From: Octopus vulgaris
Taxonomy: Eukaryota
Assembly (NCBI GenBank): GCA_951406725.2
Contig: OX597816.1
Span: 124,186,001-124,250,000 of the forward strand
Direction: 5' to 3'
DNA: 64,000 nucleotides
The notes beneath the pieces were generated by a model, which was given only the letters and a program-made list of their open reading frames with translations, was not told where the DNA came from and ran no database searches. Below are positions 37,187 through 51,105 of the stretch, in pieces. Numbering within the stretch: the stretch's first letter is position 1; every line of letters starts with the position of its first letter. A program made the translations under genes and the position numbers.

Positions 37187-37503
37187 AAAAAAAAAGGTGG
37201 CCCTTTGCAAGCTTAGCCAGGATCATGGGCCCAGTTTATTAGTTTCTGTGGCGTATGTGTTCCCCCCAGCTGGACGGGACACCAGTCCATCGCAGCATTA
37301 CTCAAGAAACAGGAAGAAAGAGTGAGAGAAAGTTGTGGTGAAAGAGTACAACAGGAGTCGCCACCACCCCCTGCCGGAGCCTCGTGGAGCTTTCTTAGGT
37401 GTTTTCGCTCAATAAACACACACAATGCCCAGTCTGGGTATCGAAACCGTGATCCTCTGACCGCGAGTCCGCTGCCTTAACCACTGGGCCATTGCACCTT
37501 CAC
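37187..37503 (-). mobile_element. tRNA-derived SINE family C (V-domain-like GATGGACTGG..TCCCGTCCAG) with 13-bp TSD
   Basis: Minus-strand head GGTGCAATGGCCCAGTGGTTAAGGCAGCGGAC...GGTTTCGATACC. TSD CTGTAATGAAATA at 37174-37186 and 37504-37516. Confidence 0.88.
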
Positions 37504-37535
37504 CTGTAATGAAATACAGGTCTAAAATGATTCTG

Positions 37536-37865
37536 TGATCTTCATGGGTTACTAGAAATTTTCCATCCTACCTCGGCCCTGCCAAGCCATTATTTTTGGT
37601 CAGCTCTGTGCGTATAAACTTCCCTTATTGTGTGGTGATGATGACAATAAACCAAAGCTCAATGACCCTTCCAATATCCCTGGTTGTGACTGTTATGTTC
37701 TGCTGCCCCATATAGTGTGGCATACAAATTCATCCTTTCACCTACTCATGACTAGATCTAGAAGGCCAGGTATATACCTCTCCTATAACACTATAACAAA
37801 ATTTTTATTTATTTTTGTCTTTGGTCAGTAAGTGTTATTGCCTACTTGCTTCCATTTAGAAATCA
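37536..37865. repeat. Direct repeat copy 1 (~330 bp)
   Basis: Collinear with 39244-39602 and lacks a 25-bp segment bounded by GTGTG. Confidence 0.95.
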
Positions 37866-39243
37866 AAGGAAATGGCTACTATTACATTCAGACTTTGCTT
37901 TTGTGACTTGGGCATCAATGTTTTGAAACTGACCTATTTTCCATTACATTTCAAACAGATTCAGCACCGAGTTATTGAAGCAGAAATATTGTTATAGCAT
38001 ATATTTTGTTCAATATCACAGATTTGTTTGTCATTTGCTTGACCTTAATCACTTGAACATGTCCTTTAATGACTGACAATATTTGCCTCTCTGATCATAG
38101 CCACGTTGAGAGGGATTTGGGATTCAAATAAATGTAACAAAAGCAAAGTTTGAACGAAATATTTGCCATTTTTAATATTTTCTAGGGGTAAGCAAATAGG
38201 AAATCACCATTGCTACACAAGAACAAAAATTGTATCACACAATGATAATATATCTTTGTTTCTGGAGCTGACCTGCATTCAGAATTTCTGTCGTGTTTAA
38301 AACATTAAAAGATTTACTGCTTTTCTTGCAGTCTTCCTTACTTGTTGCCTTTTGTAAAATTGTCATTCTGTTCAGTGTAGTGTTAGGATTTGTTTTTCAT
38401 TGGTTAAATGTCATCTGCATTTTTGTGTCTGTTTGCCATGTTTTCATAACATTGCTACCTTGAGGGTAGGATCAGTGCTATTTCTTTCCTTGATATTACC
38501 TCTCCACCCCAGCTGAAGAAGGAATCATCTTTAAACATTTGTAAATAAATATTTTAAAAACTGAATAAATGTTTTAAAAAAAGTATTCATTTTATCTTGC
38601 CTAAAGTAATGGAGCAAACCTCCAAAAATTCCAATTTCTTGATTTTTTTATCAAATAAAATATTGTGAATTTCAAACAATGCCTAGAGTGAGCAAAGTAC
38701 ACCTGTTGTCAACTAAAGCAAACAATAATTATTCTTACTTTTTCAAACAGGCAGAATCCCAGAAATTGGTAGTGGTGGTGGTGGTGGTGGTGGGGAGGTT
38801 TGTTAATTTTATTAACCCCCAGAGCTTGATTGATAATTTATTTTCATTAACTCAGACAGAATAAAAGGTAAATTTGATTTCAGTAGGATTTGAACACAGA
38901 ACATATAGAGCTGGATCAAATGCTACAAAGCATTTTGTCTGATGCTGTAATGATTTTGTCACATAGTTATTGCTTATTTCTGATTTGGGTAGAAGGACAG
39001 CAAAGTTTAGTTGAAGGATGTTTGTTGAAACTGCCAACTCCATTATTTGACTACTATTTCATTTTCTCAACCCCACTGAAATGAAAAATAATATTGACTT
39101 CAGTGCGATTTAACTCAGAATGTAAAGAGCTGAGAATAATACTGGTTTCAAATTTTTGCACAAGGCCAATAATTTCTGAGGAGGGGCTAAGTAGATTACA
39201 TCGACCCCCAGTACTCAACTGGTACTTATTTCATTGACATTGC

Positions 39244-39602
39244 TGATCTTCATGGGTTACTAGAAATTTTCCATCCTACCTAAACCCTGCCAAGCCAACT
39301 ATTATTTTTGGTCAGCTCTGTGTGTATAAACTTCCCATATTGTGTGGTGATGATGACAGTAAACCAAAGCTCATTGACCCTTCCAATATCCCTGGCTGTG
39401 ACTGTTATGTTCTGCTGCCCCATATTGTGTGACTGGAATCTGATTGCAGATGTGTGGCATACAAATTCATCCTTTCGTCTACTCATGACCAGATCTAGAA
39501 GGCCAGGCATATACCTCTCCGATAAAACTGTAACAAAAGTTTTATTTATTTTTGTCTTTAGTCAGTAAGTGTTATTGCCTACTTGCTTCCATCTAGAAAT
39601 CA
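39244..39602. repeat. Direct repeat copy 2 (~359 bp)
   Basis: TGATCTTCATGGGTTACTAG...TAGAAATCA, abutting a truncated SINE A. Confidence 0.95.
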
Positions 39603-39970
39603 TAATAATATGATTAATAAAATAAGTATCAGTTGAACTGGAAAAAAAATATTCCAAGAAGTTTTTATCTGACACTCAAATTATTCTATTACCTCACTAC
39701 CTTTAACTATTTGGAATTTTAGCCAAAATATTCTATATGTCTTATAGTCAAAGTTGCCAGATCCAGCTTTTCCCACCTACCACAATATTATTTCAAAAAT
39801 AAAATAATCACATCATTGAAACCTTGAAGCTATGGGATAATGCATGGTTAATTCAAAACAAAGTGGATAAATAAACATTACACTTGACTGAATAATCTGA
39901 GTGCTAAAGGGTTACATTATTTCTAGTTTACATACAAAACTAGCAATTTCAGGTGGAGAATATTACTCAA

Positions 39971-40568
39971 CTAGCTGACCCCATGCCATCAAAAATTACG
40001 GCTAATAGTAGTATTTTATATATAAACGTGCAAAACGTCCAATGGACGGTGCTGAAACATATCTGCTGAATAAAAAGCAATCAGTGTTATCTTTACCTTA
40101 AAAAATAATTAAGCATGCCTTTATTTCAATAAAATTTCTGGTTTTTGTTAAACGAAGTTAAGGCAAAAAAAAACTTCTCGAGAAACCAAATAGTCTTTCC
40201 TTCCTTCATGCCAAGTTTGAAGAAAATATCTCTTTTGCATCTTACTTTTTTGGTCTCTTAAATATACTGCATTTTGTGGCATTATTTCAAGCCAGCCAGC
40301 TTTTTTCGTGCAAACTGCGCATACATTTTTCTCACGTACACGTAGTATGGATCACAACAGCTGATGTACTTGCATGTGCAAATGCATGTTCTCAAGGCTT
40401 TATTGATTGCATTCTCACCTGGAATCGATTTTTGTAATTTTTCAAGACTTATACACGCCCTAATACCATTGGTATCTACATATCAAATTTGAGCACAATC
40501 GGATGGAGGATGCCCAAGATCCTAGAAGACACACACACAGTCAGACAGAATGGATTTTATAGAATAGA
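39971..40568 (-). mobile_element. Non-autonomous Helitron
   Basis: Minus strand A|TCTATT...CTAG|T (AT target, no TSD). Decayed subterminal hairpin GCCATC-AAAAAT-TACGGC about 10 nt from CTAG, and a GTCT/GT microsatellite near the 5' end. Confidence 0.75.
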
Positions 40569-42832
40569 TAAGATAACAAAGATAGAATATGGATGGTAAT
40601 TCAAATTATTACACCTGTCAACGTTATCTAGTGGTTGTCTTTTGAGATGTGACAGTTTGTTACTGACATTCACATACAAACATTCACATACTTCCCTTGT
40701 ACCTACACACACATGTACTCACACAGAGTTGAAACACCATTTGATTTTTCTTTTCAGCATTGAACGTTCACCATCCCACTTCCATTGCACACACACACAC
40801 ACACATACACACACACACATACAGACACATACTCACACAGAGTTGAAATACTTTTATATTTTTTCACTATAGAATTTTCATCATCCCACTACCAGTTTGG
40901 CATTACCCCTCCCTTCCTTATTCATCTATCACCCCTTCCTTTCTCATTTATGTGTTATGACAGATAAAAGCACAAGAACATTATTATAGTAGATGCTATC
41001 ATCCCAGTACTGAACTGGTACTTTATAGTCTTAGTCTCCAAAAGAATAAAATCAAAGTTGACCTTGAGAGGATCAGAACTTAAGATGTAAAGAGTCAAAA
41101 GAAAGACTTCAAAGAATTTTGTGTGACACCCTAATGACATAAGCTCCCAATTCAAATTCATAATAATGGAATTGGTTGGCAACAGATAGTTATGGGAATC
41201 TGTGAAAGCAGCAAATATGTATGTGTGTGTATTTATATATATATACACACACATATATATATATATAAACACATATACAGATTAATAGATTAACAGATTA
41301 TATGATTAATAATCATCATTGTTTTTTATGTTCATATTTTCTCTTGCTGGTATAGGGTTTGAATGAGGTGTCTTGTGGCAGTTTTTTTACAGCTGGGTGC
41401 CATTCCAACTGCCCAATCAAATCTATGTAAAGTGGTGTACATTTAAACACACAAATATACACACATGTGTGTGCACATACACATACTCACACGTACACAT
41501 ACAAACAAAATTAACTTTTGCTCAATTTTTGTTAACCAAATTTTACTCACAAGACACCGGTAACCCAAGTCTATAGTAGAAGATGCTTGTTCCAGGTTCA
41601 CAAAGTAGTATATCCTTAAGCCTCCAGTATCAAAGTACGGTTGATATTGTCGATGATAGAAAAAGAATACACTGTAAGAGCATTATAACAATACAAAATA
41701 GAAACAGCAGCAGTAACAAACATGTAATAATCCAACAAAATTTAACGAACCAATGATCAATATTTCCAACACACTAACTCAAACTGTAAACTGTACCTGG
41801 GCTTCAAAGAACAAACTACGAACTGCTGACTGTGTTGAACCACTACAATTTATATGTAGTGATACTGACTATTCTCATCAGAGGGTGTGGTACTCTCACC
41901 ATAACACAAAGTGAAATTGAACTTAAAATCATTTGGTTACAAAGAAAGCTTTCCTAACCACGCAGCCTGTCAGATATAGTGTATTTGTTATTCATAGATT
42001 CAGCCTTGATAAAAATTTTGTCACATTGATTCAAGCAGAGGATTATGTAAAGGATATATGTGACTGTGGAATACTCAGCCACTTGCTCAATAATTTAATG
42101 AGAAGGAAGTGCAGATGAATGAATGAACAACTGAATGCTCGTCATTGGCAATGATGGAGGATTCCACTACAATGTGCGAAAAAAGGACCATAACAACCAC
42201 ATCAATAACAACTCTGACAGGAAGGACAATAAAAATTCTTAATGTGACCTGATGAACAAGTGTGAGAATAGCCAACAACAAGATGGCTTACAAGAACAAC
42301 AACACTAACAACAATGATGATGATGATGATGATGTTGAAAACAACATGAGGCAAGAGAAATCTTCAGCAACAAAGAAAAAAATTGGTAGTAATGATAGAG
42401 TTGACAACAACTACTATACAACAACAACAGCAACAATTACAAAAATGGTGGGGTAATGGAATAAATAATTTAAAAATTAGCAACAAAAATATGACAGCTT
42501 GTACAACAATATTATGTGAATCAGCAGCAATAACAACAACAACAATAACAATAACAAACAACAACAACAACTACTACTATAATGACAACATTTATAGAAT
42601 CAGCATTAACAAGAAGAACAACAAAATGTAAACAGTGACAGGAACAATATCATAATCAACAGATAGCATGACAGCTTCTGCAACAACAACAACAATAACA
42701 TCAACAACAATAATAATAACAATAGCAATGAGGAATATGAGAACCACCAGAGAAAGAACATTATGTTTTGCTTGAAACATGACAGGTTATAAAACAACAT
42801 TAATAGCATCATCATCATCATCATGAACAACA

Positions 42833-42910
42833 GAGCAGCAGCAGCAGTAGTAGCAGTAGCAGCAGCAGTAGTAGCAGTAGCAGCAGCAGTAGTAGCAGTA
42901 GCAGCAGCAA
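42833..42910. repeat. Compound (AGC/AGT)n array with higher-order 21-bp period
   Basis: Direct reading. Confidence 0.85.
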
Positions 42911-42974
42911 CAACTTGGCTCTCCGTTGGTTATGATGGTGAGTTTTCCAGTTGATATAATTAACCGAGTAGCCT

Positions 42975-43378
42975 CTTTTACTGGTTTTAGTCATGTGACT
43001 GGCCATGCTGGAGCACCACCTTTAGTCGAGCAAATTGACCCCAGGACTTATTCTTAGTAAGCTTAGTATTTATTCTATCGGTCTCTTTCGCCGAACCGCT
43101 AAGTTACGGGGACGTAAACACACCACCATCAGTTGTCAAGCGATGTTGGGGGGACAAACACAGACACACAAACATATACATACACATACATACATATATA
43201 TATATATGTACATACATATATACAACGGGCTTCTTTCAGTTTCCGTCAACCAAATCCACTCACAAGGCTTTGGTCAGCCCGAGGCTATAGTAGAAGACAC
43301 TTGCCCAAGGTGCCACGCTGTGGGACTGAACCTGGAACCATGTGGTTCATAAGCAAGCTACTTACCACACAGCCACTG
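42975..43378 (-). mobile_element. Near full-length SINE family B nested in an older SINE (42915-43650)
   Basis: Reverse complement of 44677-45090. The flanks join as GGCTCTCCGTTGG...|GTGAAATTAATATGCAAGTGGCTGAG, a family also seen at about 1350-1510 and 42000-42150. Confidence 0.85.
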
Positions 43379-44213
43379 CTAGTGAAATTAATATGCAAGT
43401 GGCTGAGTGCTCCACAGACACATGTGACCTTAAAGTAGTTTTGGGGTAGATTTAGCATGACGCTGAATGTGACAAGGGTGGCCCTTTGAATTAGAGGTAC
43501 AACACATTTTTACCAGTGGTGTGAACTAGATCGATGAGAAATAAAGTGCCTTGCTGAAGGATGCCATGTGCCATTAGGAAACCAGGAATCGAACCCATGA
43601 CCATACTATCATCATGAACCAAATATTCTGACCACTAAGCCATGTGCTAACACTGAACAATATCAATTACAAGAAGAGCAAAACCAACAACAACTATTAC
43701 AACAAATGTGACAGCAGCAACAACAACGACTACATTGGCAGTATCAGCAACTTCAGCACGGCAGCAGTAAGATCATTCATAGTGATGACAGAAGCAGTAA
43801 TCATAGTAATTTGAACAACATTGATGACACCTGTATTGGTAACAACAGCAACAAAGACAACACAAGTATAAAATGCTAGGAAAATATAATGATCAGCAAA
43901 ATGCATATTTTTTACAATGACAACAGCAACTATAATGACATTATCAACAACAACAGCATGGACAATGACTACAACAAGAACAATACTGACAAGAGCAATA
44001 GCAGCAGCAGCAGCAGCAGCATGTACAATGGCGGTATGACTAGCAGCAGAAAGAGGAACTCTTTAAATGAGTGAAGATATAAGGATTGTCTATGACAGAA
44101 AAAATTGCTAATGAGACAGCAATAAGAAATATTAGAAAAAAATTGTTTGAAAAACGATCAAGGTTAGTTATAAAAATTTGACAACAACCACATCAAAAGC
44201 AATAACATCATAG

Positions 44214-44250
<37 letters not shown>

Positions 44251-44676
44251 TTAATATTAATTTTCCATGCTGGCAAGGATTGCATGGCTTAACAGGATCT
44301 AGTGAGCTGCAAGACTGTAGCATTGAGTTCCATTGTCAACTTTGATATGGTTTCTATGGCTGGATGCCTTTCCTAATGCTAATCACTAAACAACGTGTTC
44401 AAGTGTGTCACCAGAATTAACGAGGTGGTTGACTAACTTGCAAAACTAGAAAAGAACAAGAAATGGAAAAAACCCTTTAAGTAAGAGAGGGAAGGTTTTT
44501 TTTTTTTTAGTGGTGTTGAGACGTTAAAGTATGGTAGGACAAGCATAGGTGTTTTTCTATAAAGAAGATACATGGCTCGACTGCATTATATAAGGGTTAG
44601 AGTATCTGGGAAGATGGTATAGATGATAAAGATGAGATCAAAGAGCATACTTTCAAAATATAAAAAAGTAAGTATA

Positions 44677-44836
44677 GGCGCAGGAGTGGCTGTGTGGTAA
44701 GTAGCTTGCTTGCCAACCACATGGTTCAGGGTTCATTCCCACTGAGTGGCACATTGGGCAAGTGTCTTCTACTATAGCCTCAGGCTGACCAAAGCCTCGT
44801 GAGTGGATTTGGTAGACGGAAACTAAAAGAAGCCCG

Positions 44837-44880
<44 letters not shown>

Positions 44881-45090
44881 GTGTATACGTTTGTGCATCT
44901 GTGTTTGTCCCCCCAACATCGCTTGACAACCGATGCTGGTGTGTTTACATCCCTGTAACTTAGCAGCTCGGCAAAAGAGACTGATAGAATAAGTACTAGG
45001 CTTACAAAGAATAAGTCCTGGGGTCAATTTGCTCAACTAAAGGCAGTGCTCCAGCATGGCCGCAGTCAAATGACTGAAACAAGTAAAAGA
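44677..45090 (+). mobile_element. Full-length tRNA-derived SINE family B with internal microsatellite
   Basis: A box TGGCTGTGTGGT, B box GGTTCATTCCC, central GACCAAAGCCT.GTGAGTGGATTTGGTAGACGGAAACT, and 3' CCAGCATGGCCGCAGTC..TGACTGAAACAAGTAAAAGA. Confidence 0.92.
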
Positions 45091-45415
45091 GAAAGAGAAA
45101 GAGAAATAAGAGAGGATATGGACAGGAGATCGGAGAGGTAAGGCGAAGGCGGGTAATTTGATAGAAATGTGAGAGGAGAGTAGAAGTAGGTTAGAGATTG
45201 GGGGAGATGTGAATGTAGAGAGTGCTGAACAAGGTTGGAGGTGCAGTTGATGGGAAATATCAGTATGGGGCAGGGGATAAAAGAGAGATAAAAGTGGCCC
45301 AGAAAAGAAGATAGATCAGAAAGAAGTAGGATGATGTACAGGGTGTAAGAGTGGTAGGAAGGGAGCTGTAGAGGTGTAGTGAGTGGAGCATGATGGCAAA
45401 TGTGAGAGGGCACAT

Positions 45416-45978
45416 ATTCTTTTACTTGGTTCAGTCATTTTGACAGCAGCGATGCTGGAGCACCACTTGTAGTTGAACAAATTGACCTCAGGACTTATCC
45501 TGTTGGCCTCTTTTGCTGAACTGCTAAGTTACGGGGACATAAACACAACAACATTGGTTGTCAAGTGATGATGGGGGTACAAACACAGATACACAAGTAC
45601 ATATATACATACACATATATGATGGGCATCTTTCAGTTTCCATCCACCAAATCCACTCGCAAAGCTTTAGTGGACCCGGGGCTATAGTAGAAGACAACTT
45701 GCCCATGGTGCCACCAGCACCAGCTGTCAAGCAGGGGGAGGGGAAGAAATGACACACACTCACACACATACATTGACACATGCATACACACATGCACACA
45801 CACATCCACACACATATACGATGGTCTTTCAGTTTCCATCTACTTAATCTACTCACAAGGCTTTGGTCAACCAGAAGCTACAGCAGATAACACTTGCCCA
45901 AGTTGCCATGCAGTGGGACTGAACCTGGAACCATGTGGTTGGGAAGCAAGCTTCTTACTACACAGCTGCGCCTGTGCA
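45416..45978 (-). mobile_element. SINE family B, rearranged composite copy
   Basis: The central CCAAATCCACTC.CAAGGC...CTTGCCC segment occurs twice. Confidence 0.75.
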
Positions 45979-46477
45979 TTGTGAGAAAAAGAATCTAAGG
46001 TTTCTAAACAATCTCCTTATCTGAGACAAAATAAATCTTTCAACCAACTTATTTTAGATTAGGTATTGTAGAAGCATTGATTCACAGAATTTTCTAATAA
46101 CATTGAAAAGAAAATCTTAGAAAGACAGTGAAGGTCTGCATTGGTAAACATATTACAGTGAAGTTCTTAACTTTTATATGCAACTAAACATGACAAGGCA
46201 TTTAGGATGGCTTTGTACTATTTTTGTTTCTCTATAAGATAACCATAATGATGAAAGTTAGTCATGCTTTGTCATAGATATCACAATCACTTCAGAGAAT
46301 AATGTTATCTATCAGGAATTTAGGAAATTAAACAAGCATAAGAACTTTGGGTTGCAAAAAGAAAAATTTGAAAACTCTGCGAGATGAAAGCATTTAACAA
46401 CCCTGGCAACATTTGGTGCAACCTGCTTAATACCAAAGGAAATATTGAAATACATGCTTCTGCTGCTGCTGCTGCTG

Positions 46478-46526
<49 letters not shown>

Positions 46527-47009
46527 TGCTGCTGCTGCTGCTGTTGTTGCTGCTATTATTCTTGATTGCATTCTTGTTGGTCTTGTTATTGTTTAACTCC
46601 TCTTTCAAGACGATTTATGATCAAAAGAGTAACTGTTAAGACAAATCTTGTCTTTTTATATTGTATGCTTCAGGTATAGTGTATCTAAGATTACATTAAC
46701 TAATGTGTTCTTCCTACATTTATTTCTTTTTAGATGATAGAAAGAGTATAATTTGGGGAAGATTAAGCTACAATTTCTAACTAGTCAAGCCTTTGTATAG
46801 AGACTGTTTCACTGAATCATTTGTGACAATAACATTGTTTATCGATGTTGTTGCTATTGTTGCTTCTTAGCACCTGGTCAGCAGCGATCGAACAGATCTG
46901 TGGAAGCTAATTTTGTTTTCCACTCAAACATAGATATAGTATCTCTCTCTGCTCACATCCTAACATCTTTAAAACAAAGGTCAATTAGAATAATACAATA
47001 GTAGATATA

Positions 47010-48298
47010 CAGGGTGTCCCAGAAAGATTTGCCCATGTTTAAAGTTCTTCCTAAAGAATATTGGTTCAGGTAATATTATTTACATTTTACATAAAGATTT
47101 GCATATGTCTTTTGTTCATGTGTGCATTGTTTTGTTAGTCTGTAACAGGTTTCTAAACAAACATGACATCAACAGCAAAATGTGACCAGATTGTCACTTC
47201 AAAAACAGATGGTGTGAGCAACGAGGACATAACAAAACAGTTGAATGTGTGCTTTAAAACAGTGTTCAATTCCTGGGAATGATATATGAAGTCCACTGGT
47301 ACCTCTTGCAAGTCAATTCCTGGTAGGAAATGATCAATTTTTACCAAACAACCTGTTGAAGCTATGAAGAAGCAAATGAACCGAAATCCCTGCAGGAGTA
47401 TAAGAAAATCTGCTAAAGCTCTTGATATTTCAAAATTGTCAGTGCACAAGATTTTTAAAGAGGATTTAAAGCTAACTGCATTCAAGAAACAATTATGGCT
47501 GTTAATTTCTGCAGCTTCTAAGAAGAAATAGCTCAACAGGAGTAAAACCATGTTAGATGTTATGAAGTGCACTGCTAACAAAGTGTTAATCAGGTCTACC
47601 AAGAAGATCTTCACTGTGGAAGCAGTTACCAACAGGCAAAATGACTGGCTCTATGGACATAAGCCAGGAGACTTGCCTGAAAGTAGCAGAAATCCTTTAT
47701 GTCATCAGAAGCCTGTTTCACACATGGTGTGGGCTGCAGTTGCATTTGAAGGGTCCAATTCTCCTTTGGTCTTCATCAATGCTGGTGTCAAGGTCAACAG
47801 GGAAATTTATATGAAAATGCTGGATGAGAAAGTGTCAGCCTGGGTAACAGAAACCTTTGGTGACCATTATATCTTTACTGAAGATGGAGCTTTGGCCCAC
47901 ACATCCAATTTAACCCAGAGGTGGTGCAAAGAGCATTTAATTGTTTTTTGGGACAAGATGATATGGTCTCCCTCAAGTCCAGACATCAATCCCATGGACT
48001 TTGCTATTCTGGTCCATCTTAGAGAGTAATATTTCTACCCACTCCTATTTAAACGTATCAGATGTGAAGAAAGCCCTTCTGCCTTCATAGGCAAAGTTGG
48101 ATGAAGAGGTGGTACAGTGCTCAGGCAACTCAATGACCACTCACTTGAAAAGGTGAAAGATAGTCATTTTGAAATGTAATTACTGCAATGGATTGAAAAT
48201 TTACATCAGAACATGTGTGCCAAATTTCATTATCCTACCATAAGTTTATTTTGAATAATTAAGAAGTATCAATTGGTAAATCTTTCCGGGACACCCTG
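47010..48298 (+). mobile_element. Near full-length DD37D (maT) transposon with disrupted transposase
   Basis: TA TSD and ~25-bp TIRs CAGGGTGTCCC(A/G)GAAAGATTT(G/A)CC. ATG at 47163 with stops. MVWAAV, FTEDGALAH and WSPSSPDINPMDF motifs with 37-residue spacing. First catalytic Asp is mutated. Confidence 0.93.
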
Positions 48299-49099
48299 TA
48301 CTTTGCTTGAATAGAACAAAAAAAAAAGGTGAGATGGTCACAGCTGGAATGCTTTTGGTCATTGGTCTGTTCACTCAGGGTTCATTTAGGATAAACAACA
48401 ACACAAACCAATGAAGAATCTTACCCTTGGTCTTTTGATTTGTTAAAACCTCCCTCAAACTCATCTCGGTAATAACTGATAGTTAACTTGAATAATAACC
48501 GAAAATAATGACAAAAATAATCATATTTATTAATTACTAATTATTACAGAAGCAAGGATACAATTGAAACAAGAGGTTAAATAAGATTGTAATGTGGTTA
48601 TGTCCATCTAAGTAGCATTAGCAAAATATGTAAAAAGAACTGACTTCAGAAAAGAAAAGTCATAAAATTAATTACTTGACATATTTTGATATTTTATCTT
48701 CCACTACAAAATAGGCTGCAATTATATGAAAAATGATTTACTGACTGCATTCTCTCTATGGTAATTGTGGTGGTGGTCATATTGAAAATGGGGGATACAT
48801 AACTGGTGCTGTTATTATGACTAATGATAATCAAGTTAACTGAAACAAAATATAGGTAGAAATGAAACACACCAATCAGTTTCAATGTGCTGCCACTAAT
48901 TACAATTGTATGTAAGGCTATTTTATTCTTACAGAACATATTCTCATCACGATAGACTGAGATATCAGTATTAAAATATTTCAATCATGACTCAAGTGCA
49001 AATACAAGGCAGAAATATATGAACCACTTACTCAGTGGGACACACACACCATACACCCACACACACAGAATGATAATGATGATGATGATGGTGATGATG

Positions 49100-49131
<32 letters not shown>

Positions 49132-50840
49132 GATGATGATGATGATGACAACGGTGTTGATAATGTCACTGACGCTGAAAGGACAACAATGACGACAAAG
49201 AATGAGAGAAGGACCAGTAATCATGATCTTTGCAGGTTTCCCTCTCAGACTGGTGATATTCATGCTGCAGCTAGCGCTCAGCTTATATCTAAAGGTGAAT
49301 ATCTATGTGTTAAAAACACACACACACAAAACAGCATTTGAATAAAGGATGAACATGAGCTTTGGTTCATATACTTGCAATGAAGTGAAGTCTGCTAAAA
49401 GTATTCAAGGACAATGAGATGATGCTGAAACAGAAACAAAAAACAAATTGAAGAAAAGAAAGAAAGAAAAAATAAAGTTTCTTCCCTATTAAATACATTT
49501 AGTTTTGTTCTTTGTTACTTCCTGCCAAACAACATCATTTGATCAATGTTCTAACCATAGACACAGCATGTCTTTGTTCTAAATACTGACATATCCTGTC
49601 TTTAGTCTAACCCCACATCTATCAAGGTTACAGAAGATATATACTTGAAGTCCTATAGGGAACTAGTTGATTTTCTTTTCCAGTCTCAAAGGGTTTTTAG
49701 TCCAATGCATTATGAGGTATTATTTTAAGCAGTATCCACTTTGAGATTGTTGTTGGTATCCTTTTGAGTTCAAGAAAGACAATTCCACAATTTCATACTG
49801 AACAATCTGCACAGATGACTTGTTTATAAGGATCAAATGTCTGTGGTGTGTTTGAGTTCACTTTCTCCATCCAATCACCATTGCCTATGCAGGTGCATAA
49901 TATGCCACATGTCAGATGTCGAAATGATCAGAGAGCAACATGAAATGAAGTATTTTGCTCAAGAACACGATGCATCACCTGGTCATGGAATTGAAATCAT
50001 TATCTTGCAATTATGAGTGCAACACCATAACCACTTGGCCACTACACAACCTCACTTCAAGATAAAGACTTATTATTAAAGATGTTCTAATCATGATCAG
50101 CTTATCTTTTTATTCACCACCAGTAAGGTGACTGCATTTACCAATGTGTGCATCGAATATTTTGAAGATATTAGGGTTTGATTGAAGGGAGATTTGTCAG
50201 CTATTTTGAATGGAATGAAAAACTACATAGTATGTTATTTATTTCTTGGCTCAGATGATAATGATGGTAATATTAACAATAGCAATGAGAACATTAGGAA
50301 TAAAATGGAAAAAAGAAATGATTGCAATAGTAGAAGTAGCAGAAATTTTCTCAATAAGAAATGCCAGGGAAGCAATAAGAAATGCCAGGGAAGCAACAAA
50401 ATCTATTTAAAATGTATAAATATATAACAATAAAAAATATCAAATGTACTAGCAACAGATACAAAGAAAATGACTTCTATGTAAAAATATAAAAATTAAA
50501 ACGCTAAAATACTTAAACTTCAAACTAAGAAAAGAAAAATGAAACACAGTGATAATACTAAGTATAGCATCATTAACATTACACAGATAGGCTAACAAAA
50601 ACTCACCATCAGTTCCAGCAGCAGCAGAAGCAACAAAATCGGTAATGACAAATAAAAATAGAACAAAAAAATAAAATTTTCTTAAACTATGAGAAGATAG
50701 GTGTGAATATAGAGAAACTAGTGAGATATTAGCAATAATTGATAAAGAGTAAACTTGTAAATACAATAAAATGACTAAGTAGAGAAAAATACGGTATTAT
50801 AAGCTAGAATATTTATATATCCACAAATGCATATACATAC

Positions 50841-50903
<63 letters not shown>

Positions 50904-51064
50904 TGTATGTATGTATGTATGTATGTATGTATGTATGTATATATGTATGTATATATGTATATATATGCATATACATATATATATGCATATATACATATAT
51001 ATGCACATATAGATACATGTATATATATATATATATATATACACACAAATGCATATATATATAT

Positions 51065-51105
<41 letters not shown>

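Noticed and set aside
37425-37500. tRNA gene calls for A/B-box sequences (also 2448, 44677 and about 1868)
   Set aside because: They are SINE heads continuing into SINE bodies, some with TSDs, and lack a complete cloverleaf.
38508-38548. CTGAAGA-AGGA-ATCA-TCTT-TAAA-CATTTG-TA
   Set aside because: G12 is absent and there is no stem I.
37536-39602. LTR retrotransposon or TRIM interpretation of the TG...CA direct repeats
   Set aside because: No TSD (TTCTG versus TAATA), no primer-binding site or polypurine tract seen, and the interior is SINE debris.
47153-47632. 159-aa minus-strand ORF
   Set aside because: Antisense shadow of the DD37D transposase.
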